A model generated the notes under the pieces. It was not told the origin of the DNA. It made no database searches and was given only the letters and a program-made list of their open reading frames with translations. A stretch of 64,000 bases of DNA from a virus: IMG/VR virus record IMGVR_UViG_3300033518_000130. One strand, written 5' to 3'. Of the stretch, positions 1 through 6,863 are shown in pieces (within the stretch, counting starts at the first letter, position 1; each line of letters starts with the position of its first letter). The position numbers and the translations under genes are program-made.

Positions 1-317
1 ATCAGTAAACTAATAAACTAGTAAAATTAGTATATAACAAGAGGTTAGTAGTAAATTAAGTAAAGTAATAATAAGAATGTTAGTAACAATAATACTTACG
101 ACAGTTACGAAGTAACGGAGGACTAAGCAGTAATAGTAAAGAAAGTTAAAGTAAAGGAAAAGAGAAGAAAATAATGGAAATGATAAGGAGTTGTAAATAA
201 GAAGAAGTATCAGAGTAATGATAAGAGTAATTACTTGAGAGTAATTTTTTTAGGGTTAAGAAGAGTATTAGTAGAATAGGTATGAAGTACCGTAGGATTA
301 TATGTATTACCTCTATT

Positions 318-1007
318 TTATCTTCTTATTTCTTCATTTACTAGTCTTATTAGATCTTCTATTCCTATTCCTTTATAACTAAAAACTTTTAATAGCCTTT
401 CTTCTTTATATTTATCATAATTAAACTCCTCACTTGTTTCATATTTAATATTAAACTCCTCTTTCAATAGAAAAATTCTTTTATTATCATCTAATTCCAT
501 TAATATTAAAAGTTTAAGTAATTTAATCAGTCTTCTCAATTCTTTATTACGTAATCTTTCATTATTATAAAAAACAATATGAGTACTTAATGCTACTTGT
601 ATATGAATATTTTTAAGTTTATTTAATTCTAATCTTATTCGCTCATTATACTCATTATAATCTTTTAGCTTTTCATCAACTACTAAACATTCTTCAGGAG
701 TTAATGGATATATAAGGTTATTACCTGACTTTGATTGTTCTTTATCTAATATACTGACATCTCTAACATTAGTATTTCGATAATATCCAAATCGAATAGT
801 AAAATTCGATGCACTGTAACATATAAATACATTTCCATAAGATTCATTTTCCCCAATGTGGATAATCTTATCAAAATCATTAGGATTAATCTTATTATCT
901 TCTATAATAATAGTTCTGTTAATAAGAGTATGAGTTAAGATAATAGGAGATTCAGTATTAATAGTATTAATAAGGTCTTTTAAATTGATTACGTTATTAT
1001 TTTTCAT
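318..1007 (-). CDS. hypothetical protein (leftward small-gene cassette)
   Basis: 229-aa ORF with no competing frame and no recognisable motif. A repeat-rich region at 1008-1226 lies directly upstream. Confidence 0.6.
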   Translation of the reverse strand: MKNNNVINLKDLINTINTESPIILTHTLINRTIIIEDNKINPNDFDKIIHIGENESYGNVFICYSASNFTIRFGYYRNTNVRDVSILDKEQSKSGNNLIYPLTPEECLVVDEKLKDYNEYNERIRLELNKLKNIHIQVALSTHIVFYNNERLRNKELRRLIKLLKLLILMELDDNKRIFLLKEEFNIKYETSEEFNYDKYKEERLLKVFSYKGIGIEDLIRLVNEEIRR

Positions 1008-1031
1008 TTTGAATGGTTTTATTAAAATTGA

Positions 1032-1080
1032 TTAACGTGAGTAGAGTAACTAGAATACTTAACGTGAGTAGAGTAACTAG
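1032..1080. repeat. tandem direct repeat, 2 x 22 nt (ttaacgtgagtagagtaactag), period 27
   Basis: Identical 22-mers at 1032-1053 and 1059-1080. They are followed by two gtacgtat words at 1095-1102 and 1110-1117. The repeat sits upstream of the minus-strand gene 318..1007. Confidence 0.85.
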
Positions 1081-1226
1081 TGTTTAATTATATAGTACGT
1101 ATCTATATGGTACGTATTTAGTTGGTATCTGTATGTAGAATCAATATATCATAAGTATTGAGATTTATGATTCACTTCTTTATTAAAAAAATATAGAGTA
1201 TATATTAAATATACTCTATATATTAA

Positions 1227-1418
1227 TTATTCTATTGATATATCTTTAATGTTAATTGCATAAATACAATTTATACCTGATATAAGTAGTAAAAATACTA
1301 ACATTAATAGTTCATCAGTAATAATATTATATTTAAATTCAGTATAAGATATACTAAATAAAGCAATAATAAATAATAATAAGGATAATGTTTTGTAGAT
1401 ATTAGTTATTATTTTCAT
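1227..1418 (-). CDS. small hydrophobic protein, two predicted TM helices
   Basis: 63-aa ORF with two hydrophobic stretches (LSLLLFIIALFSISY and LLMLVFLLLISGINCIYAI). It is short, so coding status is uncertain. Confidence 0.35.
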   Translation of the reverse strand: MKIITNIYKTLSLLLFIIALFSISYTEFKYNIITDELLMLVFLLLISGINCIYAINIKDISIE

Positions 1419-1452
1419 AAGAATATTTTTAATTAGTTAAATTTATTAATTA

Positions 1453-2001
1453 TTATTTATTTAAGAAAAGTCTAACATTAGGATTATTAAGACTTATCTT
1501 ATTTTTATTAAAGTACTTATATATACGAGGCTTATGAGAATCAAAATAATTACTATTTGCTACATTATATAAATATTTACTTATATCTTCATTTGGACAT
1601 AATACAATACTATTTATACTAATATTAATTTTTTCTCTTAATGTTAAAGGTCTATCGAATTCAGTAGCTTTAACTGTAAACTGACCCTTAATAACATATA
1701 TTGAAAGATTCTTAATGATACTGGATTTTGTATCTAAATTACTTATACATTCAAAGTGTATTCTTACTTTAGTTTCACTATCCTCTTTTAATAATGTAAG
1801 AATTTTATTTCCATAAGTTTTAATATAATTATTATAACAAGATTCTATAAGATTAGTTTCTTTATCACTAACTGCTCCTATAGATTTATAGTCGTTAGAC
1901 ATAATTACAATTCTATTTGCTTTAGATATAAATTCTTCAGGTGAATTACAATCAAATTTAATTACTTGTAAAGCTATATTTGTTTTAGTATTTGTATTCA
2001 T
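1453..2001 (-). CDS. hypothetical protein
   Basis: 182-aa ORF in the same orientation as its neighbours. No recognisable motif. Confidence 0.55.
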   Translation of the reverse strand: MNTNTKTNIALQVIKFDCNSPEEFISKANRIVIMSNDYKSIGAVSDKETNLIESCYNNYIKTYGNKILTLLKEDSETKVRIHFECISNLDTKSSIIKNLSIYVIKGQFTVKATEFDRPLTLREKINISINSIVLCPNEDISKYLYNVANSNYFDSHKPRIYKYFNKNKISLNNPNVRLFLNK

Positions 2002-2105
2002 AAGTATAAGATTAAAAAATTAATAAGTATAAGATTAATAAGTATAAGATTAATAATAAAAAATAACATAGCTAAATTAATAGCTATGTTATTAAAAGTT
2101 TAATA

Positions 2106-2594
2106 CTAATCCTCTCCAAAAGGAGCATTATTAGTATCAATAGGATCATTGTTTCTTTTACTTTTATTATTTCTTGTTGTAATAAGTAAACGAGCTTCTG
2201 CGTCAATAGACATTTTAAGTCTAAGCATTTCAGTTGATAATTTAATATCTGTAATAATAACAGATACACCGTCATTTTCTGCAATACTATCTTGTCCATT
2301 AGGTCTTTTCAATACTTTACCGTCTTTATCAAGAAATTTATGTCCTTTTTTATAAGGAATTAAATCTAATGTAATATCAGCGTCAATAAGAAAATCTTCT
2401 TGACCTTCAGTTAATCGACAATAGTTTTCCATTGCAATACGAAGAGTAGTAGGATTAACAGATAATAAACCTTTTGGATTAGTAGCCGATACTAATGCAA
2501 TAATTGGTTTAGTTGTTGTAATAATAATTTGTTCGTTACCTTTTTTATTAGTAAAAGGAAATGATACGTTGTTGATGATTGCTGTTGTGTTCAT
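2106..2594 (-). CDS. hypothetical protein, weak resemblance to phage ssDNA-binding proteins
   Basis: 162-aa ORF. The N-terminal segment INNVSFPFTNKK and the C-terminal aromatic/acidic tail NAPFGED recall SSB tails. This is weak and based on motifs only. Confidence 0.4.
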   Translation of the reverse strand: MNTTAIINNVSFPFTNKKGNEQIIITTTKPIIALVSATNPKGLLSVNPTTLRIAMENYCRLTEGQEDFLIDADITLDLIPYKKGHKFLDKDGKVLKRPNGQDSIAENDGVSVIITDIKLSTEMLRLKMSIDAEARLLITTRNNKSKRNNDPIDTNNAPFGED

Positions 2595-2822
2595 AATAAA
2601 TAAATTTAATGATTAATAATATAAAAAGATTTTAATAATGTTCTATTCTTTCCCTGATATGATTATACGAATAGTAATATAAACATATAACGACTACGTT
2701 AGCGAGTATGGTTACATTGAATCCAATGTTAAACTATCCATACAATAGTGAAGTGTTAGCTATAAGCGTATATATAACTTATGTCTGTTAGAAGTTTTCT
2801 AAAAGTTTTTAAAGTTTCATAC

Positions 2823-2864
2823 GGGGGAGCTTTCCACATCGAAACTTTGGAGGGGTCTTCCACA
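2823..2864 (+). repeat. GC-rich direct repeat (gggggagctttccaca / ggaggggtcttccaca), 26-nt period
   Basis: Two copies of a GGGG-N-CTTCCACA-like word at 2823-2838 and 2849-2864. This is the most GC-rich spot of the window and lies in the divergent intergenic region. Confidence 0.7.
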
Positions 2865-3399
2865 GGGTAGGTATATGTTTGTAGTCTTCTACATTATCTA
2901 CCACCTACATAATTATTTTTCTCTCCACTCACATTATTGTCCTCTCCTTTCTATATCTATTTTTAAATTCTATCTTCTTTTTTATTTATCTACTTTCTTC
3001 TTACTTATTATTAGTTCTCATTATTCTTAATCTTTAATTTTCTATACCCTCTTAATTTTTATTTCATTTATTAATTACCTCTAATTCTTATTACTACTTT
3101 ACTACTTTACTATTCCTTTCTCGTACTCGTTCCTCGTTACTCAAACATACTCTTTATATTTTTATTCTTAATTGATTTACTAGTACACTACTAACCTCTT
3201 CTTTATACACTATGTAATTATTAATACTAGTTTAGTTATTAACTACTGTATTTAGTTACATAATAGATACTTTATAATCTTCTATTTACTCTCTATTATT
3301 AATCTTTCTTATTTATTTTTAATTTTAGAAGTCTTTTATACCTATTATATATAATAAGGTATAAACAAAGTTTTTATTTTAAATTTAATAGATTTTTAA

Positions 3400-3430
3400 T
3401 TTGCTAATTTAAAATATTTACTTATATTTG
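3400..3430 (+). promoter_or_regulatory. Bacteroidetes-type sigma-A promoter (-33 TTTG, -7 TAnnTTTG)
   Basis: tttg at 3400-3403, a 19-nt spacer, then tatatttg at 3423-3430. The -7 element ends 18 nt before the ATG at 3448. The pattern matches the published Bacteroides consensus. Confidence 0.5.
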
Positions 3431-3447
3431 TTAAAATAATTAAAGTT

Positions 3448-3957
3448 ATGGAGGATTCAAAAATTATATCAATAGAAAAAAATACTCGAACTGCTAAACC
3501 AGTTAATAATTTAATATCAGATAAGTATGAACATGGCAATCTAGTGTTATTAAAGAGTATTATAGATGAACAATTAAAAAATATAACTAAAGTGTATAAA
3601 AGTATAAATGTTGATTGTGCTTTTAATATTAGTTGGACTAAAATAGACACTAAAGAAGGATATATAATTAATAAGAATACTAATAAAAAAATTAACAATC
3701 CTCATTTATTAAGTTTAGATATGACTTTCTTAAAAGATAATACAAGTGTTCCAGTATATCAAATGGTTTATGAAACAGGAGTAGATATTACTAAAACTAA
3801 AAACCTTATTCAAGAAGAAGCCTATAGACATTTTATAGGAAATTGTTTATCAAGTTTAATAGGAGGAATATTAAATGAGGTAATAGATATTAATACAAAG
3901 ATATCTGAAGAAAAAGAAGAAGTATTAGAAGAAGAAAAAGAAAATAATACTTTATAA
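3448..3957 (+). CDS. hypothetical protein with acidic C-terminus
   Basis: 169-aa ORF, first gene of the long rightward block. C-terminal EEKEEVLEEEKE tail. Confidence 0.6.
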   Translation: MEDSKIISIEKNTRTAKPVNNLISDKYEHGNLVLLKSIIDEQLKNITKVYKSINVDCAFNISWTKIDTKEGYIINKNTNKKINNPHLLSLDMTFLKDNTSVPVYQMVYETGVDITKTKNLIQEEAYRHFIGNCLSSLIGGILNEVIDINTKISEEKEEVLEEEKENNTL

Positions 3958-3963
3958 TTAGAT

Positions 3964-4686
3964 ATGGAAGGATTAGATTTAACACCTAAATTTATTTCAG
4001 TTCCTACTATTCCTATATTTATGGGGAAAGTAAATCGTAAGAATAATGGTATTAAAGAGAATACTGAAATAAAAAGACATAACAGTAAAGTTTATTCAGA
4101 ATATAAAGAGAATAACAAAGTATCTAAATTAGATATAATTATTGAGGTTACTAATAAAGTAAATGAAATAGTAAAAAAAGATATTACTAGAATAATAGAA
4201 TCTAATAATAGAAATTCTCATAAAGAAAGAGAAATAAGTAAAAGAAATATTTTTACTAAAGAAGAAATTAATTCAGTAATAGAATCAATGCTTAATATTA
4301 CTAAAGCTAGTTTTCAATTAAAGTATAGTGTAAGAATAGATAATTTTGGAACATTCTTACATAGATTTCCTAGAGAAAGAATAAGAGAGATAGGAAATAT
4401 ACTAGATTTATATGTAGAGGCTAATGATGAATTAGGGTATTACTATGCTCTAATAGAAGCTAGAAAAGAAATAGACGCTTGGTACAAAGAGAAGAAAGAA
4501 GAAAAGTTTACTATTGAAAGAGAACAAGTATTAAAAGGAGTTTTAGCAGAACAAGTAACAAAAAAACTAGATAAATTTTTTAAAAAGTATTCGGTATTAA
4601 CTTACGAATATGACTTGTTAAGACCTAATAGAAATAATAAAGATAATGAAGTAGATACTAATGTAGATATAAACGAAGAGCTATGA
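3964..4686 (+). CDS. hypothetical protein
   Basis: 240-aa ORF, tightly packed. Its stop overlaps the next start (ATGA). Confidence 0.6.
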   Translation: MEGLDLTPKFISVPTIPIFMGKVNRKNNGIKENTEIKRHNSKVYSEYKENNKVSKLDIIIEVTNKVNEIVKKDITRIIESNNRNSHKEREISKRNIFTKEEINSVIESMLNITKASFQLKYSVRIDNFGTFLHRFPRERIREIGNILDLYVEANDELGYYYALIEARKEIDAWYKEKKEEKFTIEREQVLKGVLAEQVTKKLDKFFKKYSVLTYEYDLLRPNRNNKDNEVDTNVDINEEL

Positions 4687-5369
4687 ATATAGACATAAAG
4701 CAAAACGAGATTCTCTCTCTTTCGGCTGACGGTTTAACTTTATCTATAAACAAAGTTGAAATCTTTAAAAATATAGAGTTTAAGAATTTAATAAATCTAT
4801 TTGAAGAGGATAAAGGAAATCCTCTACATAAGAAACAACAGTTTATTAATATACTCTTTTATATATATCTAATGGAAGATCCTCGAAGTGTTTATTATAG
4901 TAATCCTGAGAAAGAAAAACAAAGAGATATTACTAGATTTCTTAAATTAAATAATTTCACAGAGCCTAAAGAAGTTACTATTTGTAGAGAGTTATATAGA
5001 ACTAGATATATAGACACAAGCCCTAACGCATACACTTACCTCTCGGCAAACCTTGAAATTAAGAAATTAGGTATGAGGATAAAAAGAATAGGAGAATCTA
5101 TAGATAAGTTAGAATCTATTTTAATAATTAAGTTAGAAGAATTAGATATAACTTCTGATATATCTCCTGAATTAATTAAAAACATTCAAGTTATTAATAA
5201 TACTATTAAAGATTGTATAACTAATAGTAAATCTATTAGAGATATGATTAAAGAAATACCTAGTTTACAAAAATCTATTGTAGAGATTTATAAAAATTGG
5301 GTAGAAACTGATAGCGGTAAACGTAAAATATACGGTAGCGATGAAGATGTTTATAATAGAGAAGTTTAA
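4683..5369 (+). CDS. hypothetical protein
   Basis: 228-aa ORF, translationally coupled to the upstream gene. It contains two copies of the CTYTCGGC motif. Confidence 0.6.
   Translation: MNIDIKQNEILSLSADGLTLSINKVEIFKNIEFKNLINLFEEDKGNPLHKKQQFINILFYIYLMEDPRSVYYSNPEKEKQRDITRFLKLNNFTEPKEVTICRELYRTRYIDTSPNAYTYLSANLEIKKLGMRIKRIGESIDKLESILIIKLEELDITSDISPELIKNIQVINNTIKDCITNSKSIRDMIKEIPSLQKSIVEIYKNWVETDSGKRKIYGSDEDVYNREV
4711..4727 (+). repeat. CTYTCGGC-motif copy 1
   Basis: ttctctctctttcggct, inside CDS 4683..5369, read as L-S-A. Confidence 0.8.
5033..5048 (+). repeat. CTYTCGGC-motif copy 2
   Basis: cacttacctctcggca. It shares the 16-mer acacttacctctcggc with copy 6. Confidence 0.8.
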
Positions 5370-5380
5370 AATTACTATTT

Positions 5381-6358
5381 ATGATAAATATAGTTTATAA
5401 AAAAGATATACAGCAAAATGAAAAAGATTATAAAGATATAGATTTCGATGAAAAAACTCATAGTTATACTAAAGATGGAATAAAATATATATCTGTTACT
5501 ACTTTAATAGGATTATATAAAAAAGAATTTAAAAAGGAATTTTGGGGAGTTTATACTGCATTAAAAGATGCTAATATAAAAATTAAACCTGAACCTGAAT
5601 TAAATATTATTTATATAGAAGGAACTCCTTATAGTATAGATAAAATTCTTAAAGACCCGTTATATAGTTTGTATTATAAAAAAACTATTAATGATTGGGA
5701 TATATTAACTGAAGAGGCTTGTATTAAAGGAAGTAACACTCATAATTTTTTAGAAGATACTATTAATAAGAGTAAAAAAGATTATACAGGAGAGAGTAAT
5801 AAACTTATAACATGGTCAGCCGAGAAGAAGAGTTATTCTTGTGTATCTGATTTAGATTCTACTAATTTAGAAGAAGTCCACCCTTTTATATACAAAAGAT
5901 TAAAATCATATATAAATACAGGAGCTGTAATATATGCAGAGAAAAAAGTATTTTTAAAAGATTATAATGTAGCAGGTATGATTGATGTTCCTATTATTAA
6001 AGGAGATAGATTCGTTATACTTGATTGGAAAACTAATAAAGAGGAATTACATAAAACTGCTGGGTATTATAAGAAAATACAATTAGGAGGAAAGTGGATT
6101 AAATCTACTGAATGGATAAAAACAGGAGAAATGTTATTATACCCTATTAACCATTTAGAGAATAGTAAATTTAATATATATGCTTTACAATTAAGTTTAT
6201 ATGCTTATATATTAGAACAATGGGGATATACTCTAGTTGATAATGGATTAGAAATTATACATATTAGAAATAATAATAATCAATTAATAAAAATACCTTA
6301 TTTAAAAAATGAAGTTAAATTATTACTAGAACATTATAAAAATAATCAACAAAATTAA
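5381..6358 (+). CDS. PD-(D/E)XK (RecB/Cas4-like) nuclease
   Basis: Motif series: GSNTHNFLE, then GMIDVP, then FVILDWKTNKEE (D...DxK), then ALQLSLYAY (QxxxY). Confidence 0.6.
   Translation: MINIVYKKDIQQNEKDYKDIDFDEKTHSYTKDGIKYISVTTLIGLYKKEFKKEFWGVYTALKDANIKIKPEPELNIIYIEGTPYSIDKILKDPLYSLYYKKTINDWDILTEEACIKGSNTHNFLEDTINKSKKDYTGESNKLITWSAEKKSYSCVSDLDSTNLEEVHPFIYKRLKSYINTGAVIYAEKKVFLKDYNVAGMIDVPIIKGDRFVILDWKTNKEELHKTAGYYKKIQLGGKWIKSTEWIKTGEMLLYPINHLENSKFNIYALQLSLYAYILEQWGYTLVDNGLEIIHIRNNNNQLIKIPYLKNEVKLLLEHYKNNQQN
5819..5835 (-). repeat. CTYTCGGC-motif copy 3
   Basis: Plus strand gccgagaagaagagtta, reverse complement taactcttcttctcggc. Antisense to CDS 5381..6358. Confidence 0.8.
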
Positions 6359-6365
6359 TATTATT

Positions 6366-6860
6366 ATGGAATTTACATTAAACAAAGCATTATTTATAGA
6401 TTTAGATAATACATTAATAAAAACAATAAGCGGTAAAACTTTCCCATTAGGTATTTCAGATTGGAAACTTAATGAAGCGTTATTACCTATTATAGAAAGA
6501 GCTGTTAAAAGAAATTATATAATAGCTATAGTTACTAATCAAGGAGGAATAGAAGAAGGTTTTATAACAGAAGCTCAATTTATAAGTAAACTAGATGATA
6601 TTATTAAAGAACTTATTAAAAAACTTAATAAATATAAAGGAGTTAGAATAGTATCCGAGTATTGTAAAAGCTATAAAGAAGTTTATGAACGTAAACCTAA
6701 TCCTGGAATGGGATATGCTATAGCTTTAGATTTTAATATTGATATGAAGAATAGTATTATGATAGGAGATAGAGAAGAAGATAAAGGATTTGCAGATAAT
6801 TGTAATCTTACTTTTTATAACGTATTATCTTCATCATTAGAAACATTATTTATTGATTAA
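6366..6860 (+). CDS. HAD-IIIA phosphatase, PNKP-type polynucleotide/DNA 3'-phosphatase-like
   Basis: FIDLDNTLIKTISGKTFP..DW (DxDxT plus SGKxFP..DW), VTNQGGI, ERKPNPGMG and GDREED. All four HAD motifs are present, in the pattern typical of PNKP/GmhB/HisB-N phosphatases. Confidence 0.7.
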   Translation: MEFTLNKALFIDLDNTLIKTISGKTFPLGISDWKLNEALLPIIERAVKRNYIIAIVTNQGGIEEGFITEAQFISKLDDIIKELIKKLNKYKGVRIVSEYCKSYKEVYERKPNPGMGYAIALDFNIDMKNSIMIGDREEDKGFADNCNLTFYNVLSSSLETLFID

Positions 6861-6863
6861 ATT

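Noticed and set aside
1032-1080. Tandem 22-mers as a mini CRISPR array
   Set aside because: There are only two copies with a 5-nt spacer. There is no array, no leader, and no cas genes.
2084-2355. ORFs 2084..2299(-) and 2149..2355(+) overlapping the 2106..2594 gene
   Set aside because: They are short, Leu/Ile/Ser-rich frames embedded in a longer and more plausible ORF. They are typical shadow ORFs of AT-rich DNA.
2641-2880. Possible tRNA or other canonical RNA gene in the relatively GC-rich intergenic island
   Set aside because: I could not build a cloverleaf. There is no GTTCRANYC-type T-loop (the acattg-aatc-caatgt hairpin has a 4-nt loop and no C56 equivalent), no 7-bp acceptor pairing, and no D-loop GG. 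The region is kept only as a repeat/regulatory region.
3396-3698. 100-aa minus-strand ORF overlapping the promoter and the start of gene 3448..3957
   Set aside because: It is antisense to a well-packed plus-strand gene, has low-complexity hydrophobic composition, and has no upstream signal.
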